64,000 nt of DNA, from NCBI RefSeq assembly GCF_018350175.1, contig NC_058368.1:95234001-95298000 (forward strand). The letters run 5' to 3'. Origin of the DNA: Felis catus. Lineage: Eukaryota. Both the position numbers and the translations under genes were made by a program. Under the pieces are notes generated by a model that searched no databases, was not told the origin of the DNA, and saw nothing but the letters and a program-made list of their open reading frames with translations. Below, piece after piece: positions 11,571 to 23,945 of the stretch. Position 1 is the stretch's first letter; each line of letters starts with the position of its first letter.

Positions 11571-11707
11571 AAGGAAGGAGGGAGGGAGGGAAGGAAGGAA
11601 GGAAGGAAGGAAGGAAGGAAGGAAGGAAGGAAAAATGGCAAGAAGGAGAGAGGGAAAAATGGAAGGAAAGAAGGAAGGAAGGAAGGAGGGAGGGAGGGAA
11701 GGAAGGG
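11567..11707. repeat. (GGAA)n/(GGGA)n purine microsatellite
   Basis: Seen directly; continues from the L2 tail. Confidence 0.95.
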
Positions 11708-11814
11708 ACACAGTACTCTCCTCTGATCCAGAGAGCCAAAAGGCTTTCTTTGCCATATATTAGAGGAGGAATGGGAATACAAAAAACATGAAAGATGGGG
11801 GGTGGGGGGCAGGA

Positions 11815-12036
11815 GGGGCGCCTGGATGGCTCATTCGGTTATGTGTCTCACGTCGGCCCAGGTCATGATCTCATGGCTTGTGAGTTCGAGCCCCACACTG
11901 GACTCTGTGCTGACAGCTCAGAGCCTGGAACCTGCTTTGGAATCTGTGTCTCCCTCTCTTTCTGCCTCCCCCCCCCCCACTTGCACTCTGTCTCTCTCTC
12001 TCTCAAAAATAAACATTTTAAAAAGTTTAAAGAAAA
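11815..12036 (+). mobile_element. Can-SINE
   Basis: Full element. Confidence 0.95.
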
Positions 12037-12610
12037 ACACGGAAGACCTGTCAAAGGCATTGACATGCTTAAATATCTGTCAAGTTTATCCTAATTTACT
12101 TTAGCATCTTCAGAAATTGTTGAAGGACAATGGCAAGAATGTTTATCTCTTTGAGAGACATCTCGATAGGTCCCCATTTGCCATCCCTAATGTAAAAAAA
12201 CATTACTAAGCCAGAAAGTCAAGCACTGATGTTTTATTGTCAGAGTGCTTTTTCCATTAGCTGTTCAGTACCCAGCAGCAGGATATTTGACAAAAGCATA
12301 TGGATGTTGGCAACCAGTGGTATATGAGATGCTCACCATTAAAAATGCTCAGGCAGCCTACCCGTACCGTTAGAGGCTCTGCTGGGCAGAGCTGAAAGCC
12401 TGAAGTTCTGTTTATACAAAATGCACGGACCCTGGCATAGAATATTGCAATATAAATAACCTGTACCGCATTATGAGGTTGTCCTGATCTTATTAACGCA
12501 TCAAAAATACAACTTCCCAATAAGGGCGTCCTAGGGAAGATGAAGTGACTCAGAGCTGGGAAGGAACCCGAGATTGTATTGTCTTGTTTGTTACCAGTGT
12601 AGGGGCCAAT

Positions 12611-12636
12611 TCTTTCTTTATTTTAATGTTTCTTTT

Positions 12637-12671
<35 letters not shown>

Positions 12672-12828
12672 AAGTGGGGAAGGAGCAGAGAGAGAGGGGG
12701 ACAGAGGATTTAAAGTGGGCTCTGTGCTGACAATAGAGAACTAGCTGTGGGGCACGAACTCAGGAACCTTGAGGCCATAACCGGAGCCAAAGTCTGCTGC
12801 TTAACTGACTGAGCCACCCAGGCACCCC
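12611..12828 (-). mobile_element. Can-SINE
   Basis: TSD GGCC(A/C)ATTCTTT. Confidence 0.9.
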
Positions 12829-13003
12829 AGGCCCATTCTTTAAACTGCCCTTCCCAAACTCTTGCAATTTGGTGTTCTCTCAGAATCTTCTCTTTATTAT
12901 ACACCAGTTGCTACTATTTCTAGATGGTTTTAAAATCTTCCTGTATCCTGCCTGCCTCTAAAAGGGATATGTTTTTGATGTCGTTTAGTTGCAGTTAAGG
13001 GGG

Positions 13004-13034
<31 letters not shown>

Positions 13035-13602
13035 AAAAAGAAGGACTTGTGTAATTTACACACTGGAAAAATCTACTCCCTGTCTCCACCCTGTTACCGT
13101 GGCTTTTGGTGGCGTGAATTAGATGCCTGTGGGATGCCCCTCTCTGGACCCGTGCATCAACACCCAAGACATCTGTTGGGACTCAGATTCTTAATTAAAG
13201 GAAGAGAAGAGAAAAGATGAGATATAGGTCTTTGTAGTAATGGAGGGTATACAGTTTCTTGTATGCAGACCTTTCAGATAACCTGGCAACAGTTTTTTTT
13301 TTTTTTTTCTTCTAAAATTGGCTTCTAAGGAGTTAAATAGAGACTGCTTTCAGCTCTCTAGGATACATGTCTTTATTTTTAGGAACTGTTTGCATTGCTT
13401 ATTTTCCCTTTGTGAGCAGTATTACTCTATCCAATTCTCTAATGATGTTGCTAGTAAAGTTCAGTTATTGATTTCATGCATCAGTTGTGACACGGGCTAT
13501 GATATCTGTATTTTGGAGTGGTTAAGGGTCTGGGTTTAAAGTCCTGGATTTGCCCTGTTGTATGGCCTCAGGAAAAGTGTTCAAACTCTTTAAACTTGAT
13601 AT

Positions 13603-13762
13603 TCTTTTTTTTAAAAGGTTTATTTATTTATTTTGAGAGAGAGAGAGCAGGGGAGGGGCAGAGAGGGAGGGAGGGAGAGAGAGAATTCCAAGCAGGCTCT
13701 GCACTTTCAGCATGGAGCCCGATGCTAGAACTCAGGAACTGTGAGATCATGACGGAGCCAGA
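13603..13762 (-). mobile_element. Can-SINE, 5'-truncated, next to a MIR remnant (13510-13600)
   Basis: Reverse tail and body; head missing. Confidence 0.85.
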
Positions 13763-14249
13763 CTGTGTGCAGTTATGTGTATGTGAATATACATACATAT
13801 ATCCATATGCTTGACTGTTATCATTGGTTTTAGATCCTGGGACTAGCACACATGTTGTAAGTCAAAGGTATAGTATAGGACCTATACTGTTTCTGTCAAC
13901 TTGGTTCCCCCAGCAGAAAACTGTATATGTGTATATCATCTTTCCAGGCGATTCTGATATACAAACAAGCTTGAGAACCATTGGTCTAGAACATTTTCAG
14001 CTATTAAAGATAGCTGGTTTTAACAAGTGAAGATACTCTCCTACATTTGCAGGTTTCTGGAGAACTTGAGTCTGGAAACGTTTTCATTAGGCTATTTTAA
14101 ATACGTCTCGTCACTAAATTGTTTCTTAAATTGTCTTTCTAAATCATCCATGGTACACGTGAGCGATGAGACTCTTTGTCATGAAATTATATCACATGTG
14201 GGCATTTTTGTATGCCTGTATACCTCTTTCCTGACTGTGTGGATTTCTT

Positions 14250-14488
14250 TTTAAATATATATTTTATAAAGTTTATTTACTTACTTAGAGAGGGAGAGAG
14301 AGAGTGAGCCTGCGTGCACGAGTGGAGGAGGGGCAGAGAGAGAGAGGGAGAGAGTGAGAATCCCAGGCAGGCTCCACGCTGTCAGTGGAGAGTCTGATGC
14401 AGGGCTGCATCTCATGAACCGTGAGAGCATGACCTGAGCTGAAATCAAGGGTCAGACGCTTAACTGACTGAGCCACCCAGGTGCCCCC
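14250..14488 (-). mobile_element. Can-SINE
   Basis: TSD CTGACTGTGTGGA. Confidence 0.95.
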
Positions 14489-14807
14489 TGACTGTGTGGA
14501 ATTCAATTTGAGTCATAGAGAATGCCTTATAATGTTTGTTTATCTACATCAAAGTGGAATGGATATACAGTATCTTACTGAGACTGACAGGGAAGCAAAA
14601 CAAACCAGAAAAAGTTTCTAGTGGGGGGACTACAAATGGGAATTAATGACAGTTTACTCATTATTGCTAAATGAGATTGTGTAAAACATCACAAATATTC
14701 CCAGGCTTCATTTGTTGCCTTGATTGATTGACATGGGACCATATTTATGAAATCCGTCACAGATTCACTCATGAACGGACTTTGCCTCGCCTATTCCTTC
14801 TACCATG

Positions 14808-15545
14808 TTAGTGGACTCCATCGATTGTAACTGACAGAAACCCGGTTCGAACTACAATTTTTTGTGTGTATTCATTTTTCAGAGACAGAGACAAAGCGTG
14901 AATGGGGGAAGGGCAGAGAGAGAAGGAGACACAGAATCCAAAGCAGGCTCCAGGCTCTGAGCTATCAGCACAGAGCTCGACACGGGGTTCAAACTCATGG
15001 ACCACGAGATCATGACTTGAGCTGAAGTCGGACGCTTAACCGACTGAGCCACCCAGGCGCCCCCGACCTAAAATTTTAAAGCGGGAGAGATGAGGAATTA
15101 ATCTGCTGACCTGTCTCTGGCATAGCTGGATACAGGGGGTCATATCAGGTCTTTAGGACTGGAGAGCTCCCTCTATCCCTCAGCCTTACTTTGCTCCCAG
15201 TTAGTTTCCTTCTCAAATAGACCCTTGACCCCATTGTTCTCAGCTATGCTGTCCCAGCAGAAGGAGCACTTTTTTTTCCCCAAAATTGTTCCAGGAAAAG
15301 ACTCAGGTCTAGGTCACATGGAATGTGAGTTGGATGGCGTACCTGATCCTGTCCTAAACACCACCGCTAAGGAAGAGAAGACACTGACTCACAACCTAAA
15401 TAACATGCCAGTCCCCCCAGGGATAGGGTCAAGCACATCCTGAAAACACAGAAGTTGGAGACAGCTGATTGCCTCAAGGAACGTTGAGGGGCTGTAACCA
15501 GAAGAGGAAACACACTGAGCTGTCAAAGGACCACAAATGTCCACT
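14808..15545 (-). mobile_element. MLT1 (ERVL-MaLR) solo LTR, interrupted by a SINE
   Basis: GATTGTAACTGACAGAAACCC start; GGCATAGCTGGATACAGGGG; GTAACCAGAAGAGG...CAAATGTCCACT end, typical of MLT1J/K/L. Confidence 0.7.
14858..15064 (-). mobile_element. Can-SINE
   Basis: Full reverse element. Confidence 0.95.
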
Positions 15546-16094
15546 GTTACCTCATCAGGTCCTGAGTCCCTTAATTATGAAGCCTTCTACCTTGGAGATT
15601 TTCACCGAGATTTTGGAATCTTAGGAAGGGAAGATGAAGCTGAGATCTATTCTTTGGGGGAAACCCAGCAATTGTAGGAAAGGTGTGGCTCTGATTTTCC
15701 CCCAGCCTCTTGTTATACCAATTTATACAATTCGTGTCTCTCTGTTTGCCAAAGTGATGGGAAAGAGAGTTGAATTCATCGGAAGGCTTTTGCATTCTGC
15801 CGAAGCACCATATTTCATTATATTGTTATTTTTTTTAATTTAAGGGAATGAATTAAACTTCCATATAAGCCCAGGGAGAGCAGGCCACAGGGAAGAGAAT
15901 TGTTTTCCAAGAGCCTCTCTGCTCTGTACCAATAGGTCCATATTTAATAACATTCCATAAATTATATGTTATTGAGGGGTTAAACATGCTTTCAAGTAGG
16001 CACAGTCCGTCTCTTTGGTTTAGTCTACTTTGCTCAGGGACTCATCCTTCAGGACCCAATGCACTTCCCTGAGTGTCCTAACTGGTGGCATTCT

Positions 16095-16289
16095 TTTTTT
16101 TTTTTTTTTGAGAGAGAGACAGAGCGTGAGTGGGGGAGGGGCAGAGAGAGGGAGACACAGAATCCAAAGCGCGCTCCAGGCTCTGAGCTGTCAGCACAGA
16201 GCCCCACGTGGGGCTCAAACTCACAGACCACGAGATCATCACCTGAGCCAAAGTCAGACACTTCACCACCTGAGCCACCCAGGCTCCCC
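16095..16289 (-). mobile_element. Can-SINE
   Basis: Flanked by (G/A)GCATTCT-type TSD. Confidence 0.95.
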
Positions 16290-16985
16290 TAACAGGTAGC
16301 ATTCTGGACTTAGGGAGGATTCCCAATTTCATGCATTCACCTCCCCTCAATAATGGAGATCCTTGATATGCAGTTAGCAGGATTTTAACTACTGTGCTTT
16401 GTAAAACTTCATGTATAAATTCCTTAAAGTCCAAAACCAAGTAGACCATGATTCTCATTTGTGCTTCAGAGACTGTCGTCTCCGATGCAACATGGTTCAC
16501 CTTGCCAGCACCACTTGGCATGGAAGGGGGCCAGCAATGTGGCACGCCATCCTTGCTTGGTCAGAAATTATTCCCAGTAAAAAAAGAGAACCTTCGTGAT
16601 TGTCCTTCACGTGCACAGTCCTGTGCTCGATGCTGTGACTTAAGATGGATTAGATCGAAGACACAGCCTTTGCTCCCAAGGCTGTTAAGGAGGCAAGAAT
16701 GGGCAATTCGTAGGAGACAAACAACAGACACTTCAAAGAGTAAACATGCAGTGTCCCTGGGAACATAGGTGAGTATAATCTGCCAAAATTTTATCAATAT
16801 CTGCCAAAAATTTAAGTGCAAAATCTGCACACATTTGAAACCATGCCAGGAAAAAAAAAAAAGAAAAAGAAAAAGAAAAAAATTAAAACAATAATCTCCA
16901 GCTTGGGGAAGCCATTTCTATGTGCCACATAAAGCCTTTAGCATCAGAGACCGGTAATTAGTCTATATAAAAATCCATGTTTCTG

Positions 16986-17192
16986 GGGGCGCCTGGGTGG
17001 CTCAGTCGTTTAAGCGGCCGACCTCGGCTCAGGTCACGATTTCGCGGTCCGTGAGTTCGAGCCCCGCGTCGGCTCTGTGCTGACAGCTCAGAGCCTGGAG
17101 CCTGTTTCAGATTCTGTGTCTCCCTCTCTCTGACCCTCCCCCGTTCGTGCTCTGTCTCTCTCTGTCTCAAAAAAAAAAAAAAAAAAAAAAAA
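16986..17192 (+). mobile_element. Young Can-SINE
   Basis: CpGs retained, A24 tail, perfect TSD AAAAATCCATGTTTCTG. Confidence 0.97.
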
Positions 17193-17377
17193 TCCATGTT
17201 TCTGCACGACAAAAAAGTAAAGTCGAAGACAAACGGGAAGTTATAACTTAACAGTTCATGCAAAGAGCTATTTTCCTTAGTGTACAAAAATCTCCTCCAA
17301 GTCAGTAAGGAGAACACCAAACCAATAGAACAAATAGACAAATATGAAAAGTCAGATCACAGCAAAGGAAATAGAAA

Positions 17378-17584
17378 TTTTTTGTAATGTTTATTTTTGA
17401 CAGAGAGAGAGAGAGAGAGAGAGGGGGGGAGGGGCCCAGAGAGAGGGAGACGCAGAATCCGAAGCAGGCTCCAGGCTCTGAGCTGTCAGTGCAGAGCCTG
17501 ATGCAGGGCTTGAACTCACAAACCGTGAGATCGTGATTGGAGCCGAAGTCAGAAGCTTAACCGACTGAGCCACGCAGGCGCCCC
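17378..17584 (-). mobile_element. Can-SINE
   Basis: Full reverse element. Confidence 0.95.
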
Positions 17585-18247
17585 TATAAATGTTTTTTAA
17601 ACATATTAAAATGATTATTTGTAAGATGAGGTACTCAAATTAATACCGTAATGAAATACCATTTAATTTCTCAGTTTGGCAAAGTTCAAAAAGTTCCTTT
17701 ATGCATTATGTGTATTCTGGTAAGGTGGGAGCGTGGGGACACAGTCAGGCCTATAACTTCCTGTTGGAATGTAATTTGGTAACAACCTCCATAGAAGGCA
17801 ATCTGGCAGTAGTTACCATATTTTAAAATACAGCTACCTTTTGCCCCAATAGTTTTATTTCTAGAAATGTATCCTCCATTGGACATATGCGTCCTTTCGC
17901 CAAATGATGTGTCTGGAAGATTATTTATTGCAGCGTTGTTTGAACTAGCAAAAAAACTCGGAATAATCTACAAATCCATTAAAAGGGGACTGGCTGAATT
18001 AAATTATGGCACATTCCTCTATAGAATGCTATTCAGCTGTAAAAAAGAATGAGAACCTCTTTATATCCTGATACATAGCCAAATAACCAAGATACCTGGT
18101 TAAATGAGAAAAGGGGAGGTATAGAACATTCCATTTCTAGGGATATATAAAAAAGCGGGTAACAGACACAATGGAAACGGAATGGCTTTCAAACAGTGGT
18201 ATTCAGGAAGCTTACTTTTTCGTAAATACACTTTTATACCTTTTAAA

Positions 18248-18460
18248 ATATTTTTACAGTTTATTTATTTTTGAGAGAGAGAGAGAACAGGGGAGGGGCA
18301 GAAAGAGAGAGAATCCCAAACAGGTTCCACACTGTCAGCGCGGAGCCTGCTTCGGATCCTCTGTCCCCCTCTGCCTCTGCCCCACATGCTCATATGCTCT
18401 CTCTCTCGCTCTCTCTCTCTCTCAAAAACAAATAAAAACATTGAAAAAAAAACAAAACTA
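18248..18460. mobile_element. Chimeric headless Can-SINE (minus 3' half fused to plus 3' half)
   Basis: T-tail and GA tract, junction CTGTCAGCGCGGAGCCTG at 18332-18349, then CT tract and A-tail. Confidence 0.85.
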
Positions 18461-19286
18461 AAACAGAAGCCAAAACAAGTTTCAGAAACATATATACTAT
18501 GTGCCCTTCATGGGAAAATTAAAAAATATATATATAAACAGTTTGAATAGGCATGGGACATCCATGTGTATGAAAAGACACACAAACAGTGACAGACTCT
18601 GGGCCTGTGCCCTGGGGGCACTTGCTTTGCAATGTATCCCTTTATATACCTTATGAGTTTTAAATTCCCATGTCCAGATAATAATTACTTAGACGAAAAG
18701 GAGAACATAAACACAAGGACCAACATGTGGCTTTATTGGTTTCTGAACAGCTGAGTTGACCTTCTGGAGGGAGAGAACCATGCCAAGTGAAAATCAATGT
18801 TGAAGGAAAAGCCAAGCTCATAAAGTGTAGAGCCCAAGTCCTAGAGGTACATCTTTAATTCCAAAATGGCCAAATAGACAGAAAAGGCAATCACAGATGA
18901 TAGATGGCTTTACATTCTGAGCAATAATAAGCTTAGGTTTAAGACCTATTCGGCGATAACAATTTCCTTTCCATAAATGTTGCACTTTTTAAAAAAATAT
19001 ATCGTCCATGGAACTTGGCAGCTAAAAAAAAAGAAAGAAAAGTGTTGACTTTTCCGAGTTGCCCGTTATGCAACATTCTGAAATATTCAGAACACAAGAG
19101 ATGCACACCACAAGCACAATGACCTTAAAGAAAATTCTCGTGCAGATGTATCAGAATCTATGTCACATGGCAGATGTCCTTGGCCAGCGGGGGAGCCAAC
19201 GGCTGGCTAAATGCCTCCTCCACAGTAGCTGGTCTAGGGATGTGCCTTAGCTTTCACTTTAAAGAGAAGAGGGAGAAAAAAGAACA

Positions 19287-19406
19287 TGGAGCGCCTGGGT
19301 GGCTCAGTGGGTTAAGCGTCTGACTTTGGCTCCGGTCACAATCTCGCGGTTCATAGGTTTGAGTCCCACCTCTGACTCCGCTCTGACAGTGCAGAGCCTG
19401 CTTGAG

Positions 19407-19458
<52 letters not shown>

Positions 19459-19520
19459 TCTCTGCCCTCCCCCTCTCACACTCTGTCTCTCTCAAAAATA
19501 ATTATTAAAAAAAAAAATAA
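19287..19520 (+). mobile_element. Can-SINE with expanded (CT)n
   Basis: Full element. Confidence 0.95.
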
Positions 19521-19858
19521 GAGTGAGGCATGTTATTCAGGGTCAGGTGGCAGGAACACTCCATTTGGGGAGAAACGCAGACATGGCGGGGAGTTCCTGC
19601 CTCCGGATGGGAAAACAGAATTCGGGCAACCCTTTGCTGCACATCCGCTGTCGTTTTGTCATTTGGCTAAAGTTCCTGTCAATCAGTAGCTGTTCTCGCT
19701 CCTTCTTCTGTAAGAGAACTGTCCATGTCTGGTGTTCCTATGCTGCATGAATTAGGGATACAATTTGCTCATTTAATGTCGACCGTTCCTCACCTTATCT
19801 GCTGTTTTCAATCAGGAATTTCTCTACTTGGGCCTCTCCTTTCCTTAGACCTGAGCTC

Positions 19859-19953
19859 ATCTGCTTCCTTCTTGTTCTAAGATTGAGTCTAGCCACAAAT
19901 CCCTTGATCTGCTTCCTTCTTGTTCTAAGATTGAGTCCAGCCACAAATCGCTT
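19859..19953. repeat. 48-bp tandem duplication (2 copies)
   Basis: ATCTGCTTCCTTCTTGTTCTAAGATTGAGTC(T/C)AGCCACAAATC(C/G)CTT at 19859 and 19907. Confidence 0.95.
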
Positions 19954-19974
19954 CACATCTGAGGGTGCGTGTGT

Positions 19975-20430
19975 GTGACCATCCTGCCCAACTTTCATTC
20001 TTCCTTGTTCTCCGTGCCCTAGAGAGCCATTCACTTCGTCTGGGTCAGTCCGTGCAGCTCAGATAGTGAGGACGGTGGCATTTCTGGACCCAGGGCCAGA
20101 AGCTGGGACTGGTACCCGTGAATGCCCCATTGCCTCTTGGCCACCATGATTGGTTTGCGACCAGTTGATCATAGCATCATGAGTCTTGGGGTTGGAGAGA
20201 GAGAGCTTCTGGAACATGCTCTTTCCCACTGAACTTAAACTGAGCAGGATGTGAGCTGAATGGGCCACGCAGTGGACCCTGCCCGATCCCTGCACCTGGC
20301 CAGGCCCAAAGCCACACGTGCCCCGGACATTTTAGCTATAAAAGTCCCCGAAACCCAATTCCCTTCCCCCTACCCCTATCTCCTTGGGCTGGGTTGGGTT
20401 TTTAGTCATGTGCAAAAGAGAGAACACTAA
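19975..20430 (+). mobile_element. MLT1-like LTR remnant
   Basis: GAACTTAAACTGAGCAGGATGTGAGCTG...GGACATTTTAGCTAT...GGGTTGGGTTTTTAGTCATGTGCAAAAGAGAG. Confidence 0.6.
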
Positions 20431-20479
20431 CATACCTCCCAGGAGGAGGATGATATAACAAACCTGGACGGGTCTTTAC

Positions 20480-20660
20480 TCTTTCCTGCACACCTTCATC
20501 TACGTTAGCTAATGTGTTCTTCCAACAACTCTATGCAAGTCAGGACAGTTTATGTTAACTTCCATTTATATTTGGGAGAACTGAGGCTCACGGAAGTTAA
20601 ATGACTTGCTTAGGGTCATAGCGTGTAAGAAAGGGAGCCTGTGACTGGCCCCTTGACTTG
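20480..20660 (-). mobile_element. MIR
   Basis: GAACTGAGGCTCACGGAAGTTAAATGACTTGCTTAGGGTCATAGC. Confidence 0.8.
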
Positions 20661-21151
20661 GGCATTGCTGGCCCGTAATCTCCGAGGCCCTTCTCCCACC
20701 TCTGAAGGCTGGCACTGGGGGGCCCTGCAGACTTTGCCAGGAGGTGGAGGGGGTTGTCTGAGGCCCGGGGAGGAGCAGAAGAAGGAGATGTCCACTGAAT
20801 AAACGGGAAATAACCAGCTCCTCATCACGGAGGAGTGCCAGGGTAGAGTTTGGTGAAGTGTCCAAAAGAAGCCATAATTGGGGGAGCAGCGCACCCAGAG
20901 CAAAGCCAAGGGCAGGGAGGCTGAGGGAAAGTGACCTTCCTTGGCCACAGAGTGGCCTTGGAGGAAGGAGACGAGGGAGAAAGCCCGGGTGGGAATCTTT
21001 CCCTCTCGGTGCTGCCACATTTGCTCCTGGTTCCTTCACGTTCTGGTTCTTTCCTTGCCCCATGTCCCCACCTAGCTCATCTTTTCCCATGGCTCCTGTG
21101 CTCAGGACCAATACAGATATGATAGGAATGGAATAGGAATTATTTCCATGC

Positions 21152-21184
<33 letters not shown>

Positions 21185-22977
21185 AAATTGGAGGATGGAA
21201 GGCATTTTATGTATTACAAAAAGATCACATTCCTGGATGAGGTTTGAAATATTCTCTCTACATTTATCACTGTCTTTGGGGCCCCGGGGATTCAGGACCT
21301 CAAACGCCAACCTAATTAAAACAGCTGGGTTCGAGAGTGAAGAGAAAGCCGTGCCAGTTAGCGTGTTGTGTAATTGAGGTCTCTATTTTTTTTTTGTTTT
21401 TTCATTTAAGGGATCACCCCCACCGCCTGCCCAAGCGATCACTGTCAGTTCAGGATTTCATGGGTTCCTGGGGAGTGGAGGGGTCATCAGTGAGCTCACT
21501 GCCCCCTCCCCTGCTGCACCTAACCTCTGCCAACCCCTCCACCAGCCCACGGTTTTTCTTCTTCAGGCCTTGGCAGGTCGTTTGTCAACGCTGATCTTAA
21601 TCAGATCACTTTGTAATTGCAGAGGGACTGTCAGGATATTTTTGGTTGTCGTCTCCTAACAAAATGCAGATTGCGTGGCATGTATACATAGAATTACTCT
21701 GTAATTCAAAGCAAATTGACATTTAATTTCAATTTAATTACACAGGAATTACAGACATGACAGATACAGTCTAATTAGGAAGCAAAGTTATAAGAATCTG
21801 TTTATGGAACGAAAATCCATATCGTGTCACACTTTTAACAGAATCAAAATAATTCCCCTGCGTTTTCGTAGAGCGTATGCAATAGCACCAACAACCATAA
21901 CGACTAAAGCTACAATTCTGGCCCATCTTACTATGTGTGCATGCGTATATTTTTCGTCCCATTTAATGTCGATTACTCCGTGTGAGGCTGGTCTGCCCAT
22001 TCCCATGGTGTTGGTGAGACACGCTCACAGTCAGAGAAGGTAGGAATGTGCCCAGCATCCCCCAGTTACAGCAGGTGGGCAAAGGGAGGTTGTGAGTCAG
22101 TTCCGTAGACTCTCAGCCCCACACTCAGCACCCTTAAGGTCTCCTTGCCGTCCCGGGAGGCATGGGATAAAATTCCCACTTTGGCCTCCCCTCACTTGGG
22201 GTGTTGGTCTGGAAGCTGGAGCTTTTTTCTTCTTCCTTCCTCTTGCTCTCTCTCTCCCTCCCTTCCTCCCCCACTTTCTTCTTCCTTGCACTCACCAAAC
22301 GAGTCCTTCCTGGACCCCCATTCTTTCAGGCACTTGTACTGGGTCCTGGATGTTCAGTACTGAGGGAAGCCAACAGCGTTGTCGCCTCAATGCGGTTTCC
22401 TCTGCCCATTCCCGTCCCCTTCATCTAGGACAACTTGAGTGGCCTCCTGTGCAGTGGACCCAAAGTGCTTACCTGCATGTGCCAGGACTTGTCAGGACAC
22501 AACCGTGTTCGGAGGGACCAGAGCAGGTGAGGAAAGAGGCACAGAGCCCATTATGTGGTGGTTTCAGCCTCATGAGAGTTTCACCCAGACCTAGGGTCTC
22601 CCCAGCTTTCTCTTCTCTTCTAGAGGGTGGGGGGGGGGGTCTTCCCTTTGAAGGAGGCTTTTGTTTGTTTGTTTTTGATTGTTTTTCTTCCTCTGATCCC
22701 TCCCCTTGTACAAACCAAATGACAATCTGGTCACTTCCCGGCTTCCCAAAACCCAGGTCCATCTACCTAATGGGACGGTAGAATTTTCTTTCTAGCTAAT
22801 TAATTTTCTTTAGGCTAATTTGCTTTGATCCTCCCTTATCTCCCCCCTCACCCATTGCTCATTTATTATGATAATCCCTTACCTGGATATAATATTTTAT
22901 AGTTTGTAACAGACGTTCCCTTACACACTGTCATTTGATCCTTCAACACCAATCTGTAAAGAGGTCAAGTTAATATA

Positions 22978-23033
22978 TTTTTTTAATTTTTAAAAATGTA
23001 TGTTAGAGAGAGTGAGTGAGCAGGGGAGGAGGG

Positions 23034-23088
<55 letters not shown>

Positions 23089-23211
23089 TCAAGCAGGCTC
23101 CATGGTCAGCATGGAGTCCGATATGGGGCTTGATCTCACAACCCTGGGATCATGAACTGAGCTGAAATCAAAAGTTGGATGCTCAACTGAGCGAGTCATC
23201 CAGGTGGTCCA
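22978..23211 (-). mobile_element. Can-SINE with long (GA)n, inside a MIR remnant
   Basis: Reverse element; TSD GTCAAGTTAATAT / GTCCAAGTGAATAT. Confidence 0.9.
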
Positions 23212-23421
23212 AGTGAATATTTTTATTATATCCCCTTTATAGGTGGAGAGATCAATAACCAGACGTTCATCACCTCCCATGGCTTATCAGTAGGAGTATT
23301 GGCCTCAGACTCAACTCTTCTGAGATTGATGCCAATTTTGCTCTCAGGACATTAGCTTCTTGTCTTTCATTGAAGACCCTTTTTGTTTTTCTTCCTCTTA
23401 CCCCAAATGTCATTGTTAACA

Positions 23422-23600
23422 GGGGCACCCGGATGGCTCAGGCAATTAAGCATCTGACTCTTGATTTTGGCTCAGGTCATGATCTCACGGTTTGTGAGTT
23501 GGAGCCCCACATTGGGCTCTGCACTGACAGTGTAGAGCCTGCTTGGGATTCTCTTTCACTCTCTCTGTCTCTCTCAAAATAAATAAATCAACCTAAAAAA
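23422..23600 (+). mobile_element. Can-SINE
   Basis: Head, body and tail. Confidence 0.9.
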
Positions 23601-23728
23601 CATATCACCTATACAATCATTTATTTTAATTTTTAAAAACATTAAAAAATGTTTATTTTAAATGAGACTTTATATCACTACCTCAGTGGACAACTAGCAT
23701 CACTTGATAGAAGGAGAAGGTAAACATT

Positions 23729-23945
23729 GGGGCACCTGGGTGGCTCAGTCAGTTAAGCATCTGACTTCAGCTCAGGTCGTGATCTCGTGGTTAATGAGTT
23801 CGAGCCCCACGTCGGGCTCTGTGCTGACAGTTCAGAGCCTGGAGCCTGCTTGGGATTCTGTGTCTCCTCTCTCTGTGCTTTCCCTGTTCATGCTCTGTCC
23901 CTTTCTCTCAAAAATAGATAAACATTAAAAAAAATTAAAAAAAAG
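23729..23945 (+). mobile_element. Can-SINE
   Basis: TSD GAAGGTAAACA. Confidence 0.95.

Larger units (their letters stand above)
16830..18680 (+). mobile_element. Old L1 (L1ME-like) 3' region(s), interrupted by SINEs
   Basis: CAAACCAATAGAACAAATAGACAAATATGAA, GAAGGCAATCTGGCAGTA, TTTATTGCAGCGTTGTTTG, GAATGCTATTCAGCTGTAAAAAAGAATGAG. Confidence 0.8.

Noticed and set aside
11168..11791. 204-aa ORF and overlapping ORFs
   Set aside because: Open only because of the (GGAA)n tract and L2 sequence
22092..22781. Longest ORF (229 aa)
   Set aside because: Non-ATG start, low-complexity pyrimidine content, no recognisable domain, no supporting exon structure
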